A stretch of 62,459 nucleotides of DNA, the filler included, from Stramenopiles sp. TOSAG23-2 (lineage: Eukaryota): the NCBI GenBank assembly GCA_900128395.1. It is 20 parts of 20 records of this genome, joined end to end, with 100 filler letters (N's around TTAATTAATTAA, not from the genome) between each part and the next. Parts side by side here need not be neighbours in the genome. Positions count along the whole stretch, not along the records: positions 22,729 to 25,871 come from LT651355.1; positions 25,972 to 29,112 come from LT651356.1; positions 29,213 to 32,351 come from LT651357.1; positions 32,452 to 35,589 come from LT651358.1; 16 more parts are not named here. One strand, written 5' to 3'. Position 1 is the first letter of the stretch. The number at the start of each line of letters is the position of its first letter. Below the pieces are notes generated by a model that had not been told where the DNA came from, ran no database searches, and was given only the letters and a program-made list of their open reading frames with translations. The position numbers were made by a program, and so were the translations under genes. This document shows, piece by piece, positions 23,392-33,439 of the stretch.

Positions 23392-24246
23392 ATGCCTTTG
23401 TCTAGTAATATTGCAAAACAGATACAAAAATCAAAATTACTTAAAATAGAGTTAAAACCAATCTTAGGTAGTGTACCAAATGTAAATATATACGGTAATA
23501 GTACGAACCCGTCACCAGTAAAGAAAAAGAAAAGAAGAAAACCACCAACACCAAAACATCAACATGCTGGTGTATGCATCTGTCCTGCATGCGAGCGAAA
23601 TAGAAGATTAGGAAAGCACAATTTAAAACCCAAACCACCACCATCATCAAATCAAAATAATAGTAAGAAAGAAGGCTCGTCTAAAGGCAGACGTTTTAAA
23701 GGTAAAAATGGCCGTAATATTTGTGATCCAACTACAAACCAATTAGAAACAATAATAGGAGGCAAAAAAGTTGTAAAAACAGTTGAAAATGTTACAGAAG
23801 ACGATATAGAAATGTTTGCACTAGAGTATCCTAGAATAAAGCAAATCAATACCCTACGTACACAAATAATGTCCTCAACTAAAGCATGTAACAGAATACA
23901 CCCTGGAAATAATAGAGGAAGAGTAACTTTAAATAGTATGCAAAAAGAAGAAGTTAAAAAACAAAGAAAACGCGACAATTTTTTCAATAGTCAAATTAAT
24001 ACGGAAGAAGAAGCAAGGCATTTAACTGTCTTAAAAGAATATCAAAATATTAGGAAAATAAGACGAATGAAAGCAAATGAAAGAATATTCAATGATTATG
24101 GACAGGCAATTGATTTAGAAATTGTATTAAATTCCGAAGGTAGATATATATGTAACAAAATAGAAGATGACGATGATAGTAATAATAATGGTATGACAAT
24201 GAAAGGTAAAAAAACAAAAAAGAAGCGGACAAAGAAGAGGATATAA
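23392..24246 (+). CDS. Hypothetical basic protein
   Basis: 284-aa ORF, Lys/Pro-rich, with HxxxCxCxxC. Both ends fall in tandem duplication artefacts (periods 131 and 187 bp). Confidence 0.55.
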   Translation: MPLSSNIAKQIQKSKLLKIELKPILGSVPNVNIYGNSTNPSPVKKKKRRKPPTPKHQHAGVCICPACERNRRLGKHNLKPKPPPSSNQNNSKKEGSSKGRRFKGKNGRNICDPTTNQLETIIGGKKVVKTVENVTEDDIEMFALEYPRIKQINTLRTQIMSSTKACNRIHPGNNRGRVTLNSMQKEEVKKQRKRDNFFNSQINTEEEARHLTVLKEYQNIRKIRRMKANERIFNDYGQAIDLEIVLNSEGRYICNKIEDDDDSNNNGMTMKGKKTKKKRTKKRI

Positions 24247-26093
24247 TGGGAAGTGTGTAAAACGAGGGTTTTATACTTGATGTTGAACACATGTTTATAA
24301 TTATTATCAACAAAAGTGTTAAAATAATATACAAGTCGTATATATAGGTTACGTAATATATTAAAAAATTAATTAATAATCCACTATGAAAGGTAAAAAA
24401 ACAAAAAAGAAGCGGACAAAGAAGAGGATATAATGGGAAGTGTGTAAAACGAGGGTTTTATACTTGATGTTGAACACATGTTTATAATTATTATCAACAA
24501 AAGTGTTAAAATAATATACAAGTCGTATATATAGGTTACGTAATATATTAAAAAATTAATTAATAATCCACTCACAATGGTTGTTTAAATTAAAGTAATG
24601 ATAATAGTGTAAACGTTTTATTTCTGTTTTCTTCTTTTTTTTCTCTTCCCGGCAAAATGCAAGCAAAAACCGGCCCCTATACCATATCTCAACACAAAAA
24701 TTTGATGAAAAAATTTAATGATGAGCACATGATGATGACAAAAAAATGTACCCAATCAAAACCGTTTACACAAACCAAAAAATGATACAATCAAAAATGT
24801 AGAACACACACATGTACACACATTTGTGTTTATAAACACAACGATTTACATTAAATATACACACATTCCACATATATATATATAATAAATATATTATAAT
24901 ATACATATATTATGTTCTATCAAACGATGTATATTTTAACTGTTTTGATTTTATTATCATTATTAGTAATAGAAATTAACTCTCAAGGTACATTTGTACA
25001 CAGTGATCTAGGAGGGCACATTGTTACTAATCAAATTAAATTTCCAAATATCGTCATCATTCGTTCCTGGACTCTTACGAAGATGTGGTGGGATATACTT
25101 TTTTGTTTTCGACATGTTTGTATTGTATATATGGACGATAAATCGTATATGTAAAAATTGATTTGATCGAAATAATAATATGTCGTCTTTGTTTAAACTT
25201 GATATGATTTTTGAAAAATTATTAAAAAATATCGATATGTAAAACGTATATTAATTGATCGTTTGAATATATATATATATAATATCAACAAATATAAAAA
25301 GAATAAAAAAGGAAAGGATATTGTATTATTATAGAAACGTATTTGAATATAATGATAGTAATACGATAAAAGATGTTTTGAAATCTATCTATCACTCGTG
25401 TTTATCTCTCTCTCTCTCTTTCTATTTTTTCTTTTTATTCTTCATTGAAATGTGTACTGTATATATACTATTACATGTAATAATATTATAAATGACATCG
25501 ACAAAAAGACGACGGATCACAATTCCCGCGGGGGCAGTCGTGCATAAATTTACCTTAACCTTTTTTTAGTTTTTACTCCGCGGTCGTGCAGTCGTCGCTA
25601 AAAATCAAATTAGTATTCTTTAATGAATTTAACTATATGCCACTTGCAATTTGATAGGGCCCATTCTAAATTAATAAAATAATAATAAAAAATAAATTTT
25701 TTTTTTTATAATAAATAATAGTGCAATACTTGTGCACTTCTTACTATTAATAGAATTAATGAATTTGTATTTATATTAATATATATCTACAAAAATATTA
25801 TATATATACATTTGTAAGTACTTAGTTGTTGTAAGAAACAATTTCCTTTTTATGGCTTAATTGAATAATCANNNNNNNNNNNNNNNNNNNNNNNNNNNNN
25901 NNNNNNNNNNNNNNNTTAATTAATTAANNNNNNNNNNNNNNNNNNNNNNNNNNNNNNNNNNNNNNNNNNNNAAATTTATAAAACACAAAATCTTGTGTAC
26001 ATACGAAAGCAAATCACCCACACCCACATTACACTCTATAGACATGTGAAAAATGTGTGCGTGTGTGATTTTTTTAATTTCCCCTCTCCATTT

Positions 26094-29060
26094 TCAAACT
26101 TCTAATAATTTCGTTCCTTTCAATTTTGTAATAACAGGTTTAAATATTTCATCCATCTTTTTCATCCATATCTTACGTTTACTCACTGAATGAATTTCTT
26201 TTTTCAATTTTTTAATTTCTTTCTTTTTAAATACCCGAAACCATTTTCTCATAACATCCATTGCATCTACTAATTCTACTAAATCTTTCGTTTCCCATGC
26301 ATCCGTTTCACCTTTAACCGTTTGTAATAATGCTGGATCTCGGCGATAAATTTCTGCATCCCATGGTCCAGTAGGTGCATGGTAACCACTACGCTTTGTT
26401 TCATCTACAACTATTCCTTTATCACCACCTTTTGGTTTCACTTCACATCCACCGCAATCTTTTAAATACATCAAATCAATTTTAAATGGATTGCAATCAA
26501 TTTGTGGTTTACCAATATCTGCATTTACCATATTATGTAATTCACAAATCCATGTGGATAATGCTCGACGATTTTCCACACGTGGTGGACCTAATGATGG
26601 TTCGCGTAGCTGTTGTTGCAAATGTTTCCGACATAATTTACAGGGATACAATTGCCCAAATGCAGCAATTAAATTAGTCATTGCTTGCCTATCTTCAGGC
26701 GATGGATGTTCTGGATATTTTGCTGCAAAACTATGTAACACAAACCATGCACGCCGGCCTATAAATTCACGCCATGAACCACCTTTTGAACCATATTCTT
26801 CAAAAAACTTTTTTTCCCGTTTCTTCGTTTCAATCTTTCCATTTTCACCAATATTAATTTCCTTAATAGTATCTCGATCGAATAAATCAAAATCGTTTCC
26901 ATGTGCTTGTACAAACCGTTTTGTCAAATCTTCTCCATGCTTTACATGTATTGGACCACCGGGATGGATAGGTATGAATTCTGTTAAATCATAGGTACGA
27001 TCTTTGACTATAGCATGAATACGCTTTTCTGATGATACGCCAGTGTTGATATCATTTTTTTGTTCCTTAACATGGTTAATATTTGCCGTGGTCGTTAGTA
27101 ATTGCAAATCATCATCAATGGAAAGAATTCGATTATTATTGTTGCTTTTCACCGTTTCCTCTTCCCCGATAAAATGTTCATTTGCATTAGTAATAATTGA
27201 ATTTGCAGCTGCTAAACCAAAGACAACACAATCTAATAAAGAACTACCACCTAAACGATTTTCACCATGTACACCACCCATGATCTCACCTGCTGCATAT
27301 AAATTATTGATTGTTTCGTTCTTTTTATTTAATACGGCACCATTTGGATTTACCATTAATCCACCCATCGTATAATGTAAAACTGGTTCAACGATACCGA
27401 CATAATATGTACCTTTTAATGGTAATTTCGTTGAAACTTTACGATCAATACTCGAAAGGTTGTTCGTCGTGTCTTGAAATGTTTTCTTTAAATTGCTTAA
27501 AATCATCTCATCTTTTCCATCTTCATTCAATCGTTCTTTCACATAGTTTGCTACTCCTTCATATCCTTCAACTGGATTTAATAATCCTTTCCCAGAATAA
27601 ATCTGAATATGCGCATCAATTATTGGCGCTGCATGTGGTGGCACTGCAATAACAAATTTTTCTTGTTTCAATGAATTCATAACATTCACTACTTCTTTCC
27701 GTGTTTTTAATTCGTCAATGAAACGTTTGCCATGTTTTTCAATTAATACAGCACCAGCTCCTCTCACAATTTCTGCACATAATATTAATGATCGATCGGA
27801 TCCTTCATCCATAAAACCTTTTGGTACATCACTAAATCCAGTCGGATGCACTTGTACCATATCTAAATCAATCGTCTCAGCACCAATTGCACGGCCTAAT
27901 TTGATACCATCACCAGTAGCAAATTTGCCATTAGTTGATCCAAGTGTCTGTAATTGTGGCGCAACTTCATTTAATAATGAATGTTCACCTTTATCATTTG
28001 CATAACCACCAGTTGCTAAAATGACAGATGATACTTTAATTCCATATTCTTCATTGTTACTACTACTTAATTTTTGTTGTGTTTGCTCTCGTTTCAACGT
28101 TAATGCCCATCCCAAGTTGTTATTATTTTCATTTTTATCATCATCATCGTTATTTATACATTTTTTATCATCATTTTCATCACAAACATTGGAGGCAAGT
28201 GTGTTGTTGTTATTGTTATCATAGCTACTTGCAAAAATTTCTTCCATGCCTATTAAACGATGCCCTTTTAATACAGTTAGCAATGAATCATCGCCTTTTG
28301 AATATTTCATAACATTGCGTTCTAAACCAGAAATAAATGCAGCACCAGCCAAACGACCACGTGGACGATGTGTCCTTGCTTGACTGTGACCTCCTAACTG
28401 CCCAACATCAGGCAATTCAACATTCGATCTAGATGCAATCCATTCCACTGCTGTTTTTGAATCATCTGCCATTCTACGGACAAGTTTACCAGTAAAGCTA
28501 TTATCCGCACGTTTGGAACTATCCATGGTATCTTTATATAATATATCCGGCTTATCATCAATACCTAAACTTTTTTGCTTCTCTGTCGTACAACCATTTA
28601 TTCCAGAAGAGGCTTTTGCAGAATTACCACCCATAAAAGGTTGCTTCTCAATTAATAATACACGTTTACCTTTTTCTAATAATCGCAAAGAAGCAGTTAA
28701 ACCAGATAAACCGCCACCGATAACAGCTACAACATTTACAATTGGTTTATCTTTTAGCATATTTAAACTTTTTCCTTCACCAACAATTGTTTCTGCTGTT
28801 GTCGTTGTGCTTATTTCATTTAATGCTTGTTCCAACATGATTTTTAGTTTATTTACATCTTTCGTCGATGCTATGTTTTTTACAAGATCAAGTTGAAATT
28901 TAGCAAACTTTTCGTTTCGATCGTTAGATTCTTGCAATGATAATGACGTATTATCACCATCGCAATGTACAAAAGACGTGGTTATAAAACCTACTAATAT
29001 TGTTAATATTAAAAAGTAATATGTGTTATTATTATTATTATTTCTTCCTTTTATTGACAT
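26094..29060 (-). CDS. Fusion: signal peptide + FAD-dependent fumarate reductase (Osm1/flavocytochrome c type) + cytochrome b5 + Erv/ALR sulfhydryl oxidase
   Basis: VIGGGLSG, GGNSAKASSGING, GGHS, ATGG, QVHPTG, EIVRG, DELKTR, HYTMGG, GENRLGGSSL; then YDLTEFIPIHPGG...FVQAH; then GRRAWFVLHSFAAKYP, YPCKLCRKH, WICELHNMVN..IGKP..DC and CGGC. One uninterrupted 988-aa ORF inside one contig. Confidence 0.92.
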   Translation of the reverse strand: MSIKGRNNNNNNTYYFLILTILVGFITTSFVHCDGDNTSLSLQESNDRNEKFAKFQLDLVKNIASTKDVNKLKIMLEQALNEISTTTTAETIVGEGKSLNMLKDKPIVNVVAVIGGGLSGLTASLRLLEKGKRVLLIEKQPFMGGNSAKASSGINGCTTEKQKSLGIDDKPDILYKDTMDSSKRADNSFTGKLVRRMADDSKTAVEWIASRSNVELPDVGQLGGHSQARTHRPRGRLAGAAFISGLERNVMKYSKGDDSLLTVLKGHRLIGMEEIFASSYDNNNNNTLASNVCDENDDKKCINNDDDDKNENNNNLGWALTLKREQTQQKLSSSNNEEYGIKVSSVILATGGYANDKGEHSLLNEVAPQLQTLGSTNGKFATGDGIKLGRAIGAETIDLDMVQVHPTGFSDVPKGFMDEGSDRSLILCAEIVRGAGAVLIEKHGKRFIDELKTRKEVVNVMNSLKQEKFVIAVPPHAAPIIDAHIQIYSGKGLLNPVEGYEGVANYVKERLNEDGKDEMILSNLKKTFQDTTNNLSSIDRKVSTKLPLKGTYYVGIVEPVLHYTMGGLMVNPNGAVLNKKNETINNLYAAGEIMGGVHGENRLGGSSLLDCVVFGLAAANSIITNANEHFIGEEETVKSNNNNRILSIDDDLQLLTTTANINHVKEQKNDINTGVSSEKRIHAIVKDRTYDLTEFIPIHPGGPIHVKHGEDLTKRFVQAHGNDFDLFDRDTIKEINIGENGKIETKKREKKFFEEYGSKGGSWREFIGRRAWFVLHSFAAKYPEHPSPEDRQAMTNLIAAFGQLYPCKLCRKHLQQQLREPSLGPPRVENRRALSTWICELHNMVNADIGKPQIDCNPFKIDLMYLKDCGGCEVKPKGGDKGIVVDETKRSGYHAPTGPWDAEIYRRDPALLQTVKGETDAWETKDLVELVDAMDVMRKWFRVFKKKEIKKLKKEIHSVSKRKIWMKKMDEIFKPVITKLKGTKLLEV

Positions 29061-29440
29061 GATTAATTTATATATTTACTTTTTTTTATTAAAAATTAAT
29101 CTAAGGTACGGANNNNNNNNNNNNNNNNNNNNNNNNNNNNNNNNNNNNNNNNNNNNTTAATTAATTAANNNNNNNNNNNNNNNNNNNNNNNNNNNNNNNN
29201 NNNNNNNNNNNNTATTTTCAATGTTTTTCCTTTGTTTTCATGTAATGAAATGAAAAATCCATCATTACAACAATGAATTACTAAAATTTAGGTTGAAAAT
29301 GATGATTTTAATGAAATTTGATTAAAAATATGCGCGATGTAATGGTAAATAGTGTTATCATATTATATATATATTATACGAAACTTCAAAACACATAATT
29401 ACTCCCACGAAATGTCTTCCCCGACAACATTGAATCTCAT

Positions 29441-31399
29441 TTATGATTTTTGCTCATCGTCAATTGCTTTACCTTGCAAAACTTGTATTTTCTGAAGATC
29501 ATTTTTCAACGAGACATTCTCAGGATCCAATTCCAAAGCATGGCTTAAATCATCCAAAGCCTCATCATATAATCCTAATTTACTCTTTGCTGTTGCACAT
29601 CTAGCCAACGTCTTAACGGACCACATATTGAATCGCGTAGAACCTTTTTGGGGCAATGGACCGACCGGATTAATGTCTCCAATATTTTCAACGTTTTCAA
29701 TTACACCTAATAAACCTAATGCCTTTTTACAATCTTCCACTGCAGCTTCCCATTTTCCCAAAGCTAATTGAACACTAGCTCGATTGCTTAAAACGGATAC
29801 GTAGCCAGGTTCAATTGCCAATGCTTCTGTATAATTTTCAAGCGCTTCTTCAATTTTTCTTTCTTTGAATTTTCTATCTGCAGTCTCCTTCAAGATTGCA
29901 CAATTATTTAATCTCCTAATCATATCTAAATCATCCCACAACGGATCCAATGGTATTTTACCTTTTAAACCTTCATGTAAACCAGTTAAACGTATACCAT
30001 CTTCATAATTTTGTATTGCTTCATGATATTTTCCAAGTTTGCAATATGCACTACCTAAACGAATAAGTACCTTTACCCGTAACCTTTGTGATTTCACATC
30101 CTCACGCATCTGCTTCGCCGTCATTAGCTTTCGTTCTGCAGGTGTCGTACCTTTAACCTTTTCTAGAAGGGTGGTACAATCTTCGACACATTTGTCGTAA
30201 TTATCTATCTGCAACCAACAATTCGATCGATTGGATAATGCAGGAAGCATTGTTGGATCAATATCAATTGCTGCAGAATATGCATTAATTGCAGATTTAT
30301 AATCTTTTGCACGAAAAAAATCATCTCCCTTCCCTTTTATCCAAAATGGATCACGTTCACTGATATCTCGAGTATCACCAGGTTTACGTTTTTCCCCAAG
30401 TCTACGCCCAACATGACTCGCGTTCTTTGCTAACCAATCTTCTTCTTCTCTAGTCTTCGATTCACGCAAAGGTGTCGGAAAGAACCTTTCCGTATGCTTA
30501 ATTTGAATTTTATGAGTTTCACGTGGTGCTGGTATATATTTAATATCATCATCGTCATATTCTTCTTCCTCATTATTGACGACTTCCTCTTCTACACTTG
30601 TATCAATCTTTTTCTTTTCATCAGTGCCATCATCAATATCATCTTCACCAAAAATATCACTTGTCGATGTTATTACATCACTATTATTATTATTATTTTT
30701 ACTAGTAGTAGTATTGCTACTATTATTTTTCGTACTATTATTATTGTTATTTTCCTCCTTTGCAATTAATTTAATATCATCACTATCTATACTACTATCA
30801 GTGTTTTTTTTGGAAGATACTTTCGGTTTTGATGCTTTTCCTTTGTTTTTTTGACGTTCCCTTTCTTCCATTTCCAACTCTTTGAATCGTTCATACATTT
30901 CTTTCTCTGCTTTAGTTTTTTCTTCTTCCTTTAACTCTTCAATATTTTGCCTTTCCCCTTCTTCCAAAGCCATTTGTTTACGTAAAGTCATTTTTTCATT
31001 TGCCCGACGTTTATCTTTGATTAATTCTTTGAGTTCCTCATCTCGCTTTCGTTTACGTGCCATCGCATCTCCTCTTCTTTGGTTGATAAACTTCTTTTTT
31101 TCAGTTTTATTCAAATTATCATCCGTTATTTTAAACATTAAATCTTTCCATTCTTGTGGTGTTTCTTTTGGCAACGTTAAATGTAATTGTCCGTCACGTT
31201 GGTCAAATCGTGCAACACACTTTTCATAGTTAATTTTATCATGTAAGTCAATTGCTAGTAAATATGGCGAAAAGTTCACTTTTAGAAACAGATCAGATAT
31301 GTATATGTCAACAGAAGTCTTTGCAGTGCCTTTCAAAGCGACATGAATCATTACATTTTCCCTGGTTTGCTCCCACGTATATGCAGCTGATATAGGCAT
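29441..31399 (-). CDS. DNAAF4: Dynein axonemal assembly factor 4 (DYX1C1): CS domain, coiled coil, TPRs
   Basis: MPI..YTWEQT...LKG...D.FLKVNFSPYL CS domain; FPTPLRESK..EEEDWL and ERDPFWIKGKGDDFF signature; C-terminal TPR repeats. Confidence 0.88.
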   Translation of the reverse strand: MPISAAYTWEQTRENVMIHVALKGTAKTSVDIYISDLFLKVNFSPYLLAIDLHDKINYEKCVARFDQRDGQLHLTLPKETPQEWKDLMFKITDDNLNKTEKKKFINQRRGDAMARKRKRDEELKELIKDKRRANEKMTLRKQMALEEGERQNIEELKEEEKTKAEKEMYERFKELEMEERERQKNKGKASKPKVSSKKNTDSSIDSDDIKLIAKEENNNNNSTKNNSSNTTTSKNNNNNSDVITSTSDIFGEDDIDDGTDEKKKIDTSVEEEVVNNEEEEYDDDDIKYIPAPRETHKIQIKHTERFFPTPLRESKTREEEDWLAKNASHVGRRLGEKRKPGDTRDISERDPFWIKGKGDDFFRAKDYKSAINAYSAAIDIDPTMLPALSNRSNCWLQIDNYDKCVEDCTTLLEKVKGTTPAERKLMTAKQMREDVKSQRLRVKVLIRLGSAYCKLGKYHEAIQNYEDGIRLTGLHEGLKGKIPLDPLWDDLDMIRRLNNCAILKETADRKFKERKIEEALENYTEALAIEPGYVSVLSNRASVQLALGKWEAAVEDCKKALGLLGVIENVENIGDINPVGPLPQKGSTRFNMWSVKTLARCATAKSKLGLYDEALDDLSHALELDPENVSLKNDLQKIQVLQGKAIDDEQKS

Positions 31400-32451
31400 T
31401 TTTTATTTTTAACTAGTGTACGTATTGATATATATATATATATATATATTCAAAATATCAGTGATATATTATACAAAATTTACTTTATTAAATATATATA
31501 TAATAATGTTACTTGTACTATATATATATATATATAAATATTCTTTGCCAACAACGTAAAAATAAAGAAACTATATATTTTATTTAATTAAAACGATAGA
31601 AATGTTTGAATTATTATCTTTTGGCCAAAAAATATATCAAAATCAAAATCAATTCAGGTTCTCTCTCTTTCTAATTAAGTATAACTAATACTGTTTTATT
31701 TCTTTTTCAAAAACTTGAATTTGATCAAGCCAGCAAGTTTTGTTTTCAAAAAATTAAAATAATAATAAAAGAAAGAGAAGAAACGATTTCAAAAAAGTCA
31801 CATACCGAATAATTTATACTTGAATGGGAAATTAGAATACTCAAACAAGACATCATCATATTTCGACCACAGATTTAGATTAGTATATAAATAACACTAA
31901 GTAGATTTAAGGTTTTTTATCGATTTGTGTTAATGGATAGGAAAATTTCTTAACATACTAATATTTGTACTTACACGAAATAGCAGGAACACAGTAAAAG
32001 GTATGGGTTTATACCAGATTAAGATGGCGTAAATAAAAATGGATGGTGCCAGTGTGTTGTACTCTGGCAAGCGTTGCACTTTTGAGGAAGATTATTTTAT
32101 TTTATGGCGAGGAGTTTATTGTACAAATAAATATAGACTAATTGTATGTATAGATATACATGGAGATATGATATATGGAACGTGATCATTATATAATAGA
32201 TATATATAAGCTACGACAAAATTATCTAAATGCATTACTCATACCACTGGATATAACACCAATATACCCCTTTTTATATACTAGTTATACAAGTTCAACG
32301 GAAAAAAAATTAATACAACTAATAATAATAAAATAATGGATGATAGTACTTNNNNNNNNNNNNNNNNNNNNNNNNNNNNNNNNNNNNNNNNNNNNTTAAT
32401 TAATTAANNNNNNNNNNNNNNNNNNNNNNNNNNNNNNNNNNNNNNNNNNNN

Positions 32452-32915
32452 GATTTTCCATAATGTGTTTGTGCAATTTTTGTTTTTGTTTTGTTGAGTA
32501 ACCGCAGCGTAAACAATTGTGTCCTTGTCTTTCGTATTGAATAAGATCATTGTCTTCATACGAATTTCCTGATGGAATCATCTGATGTTCTTGATGACTG
32601 TGACGCCTATTACGATTTTGACGTCTATACCAATTTGGTTTTGAATGTTGCTTAAACACTTGATGTTGGTGTCCAAAATGATTGTAATCAATCGATAAAC
32701 ATATTCCAATTGAATTATATATATATATATATATATATTGTGTTGTTATTGTTGGTAAAAGTATTTCGTTTTGAATGTTGCTTAAACACTTGATGTTGGT
32801 GTCCAAAATGATTGTAATTACATCCTCGATTGTTATGTCCTTGATTGTTATTACGTCCTTGGTTGTTACGTCCTCGATTGTTGCGTCCTCGATTATTACG
32901 ATATCTGTGTTTCAT
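32452..32915 (-). CDS. Arg/Asn-rich protein start with a C2H2-like finger, interrupted and 3' truncated
   Basis: MKHRYRNNRGRNNRGRNNQG, then CLRCGYSTKQKQKLHKHIMEN at the contig edge. A 49-bp direct repeat (32639-32687 / 32769-32817) encloses an AT-rich insert. Confidence 0.4.
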
Positions 32916-33439
32916 AATTAATTCTTTTTTTCTCTTATATATTTTATTTAAACGCTTTACTTTTCTTTTATAAAAATTGTATATATATATGCTGGTATAT
33001 ATATGTGTATATATGCTTTTTTTCTTTATCCATATGAATATATATACTACTATTATATATATAGTATAATACATCTCAGCTGGTTAGGGTAAACTCAAAT
33101 GTTGGTTCAACTGGTCTTTATTTTGACCAACATTTTATTATTTTTTTTGGCCTTTTTCCTATTTCCTATATTACTGTAGCTCTACCTATGTACCTGGTAA
33201 TAATAAATTATTCCAAAATTATTTCAATAATATACAGGTAATAATTGCCAAGCAACTACCCAACATTATTATTATACCAGGTATGATATGTAGTGATACT
33301 ACAAAGATACAAAAATACAAATATAATATATCATCCAGTCGTTTGTAAATGAAAGAAAAAGAAGAAAGAAACTTAACGCAATTTAAAACTACGAAACGTT
33401 TAAAAAACAATTTACAAAAATAACATTTACAAATTAAAG

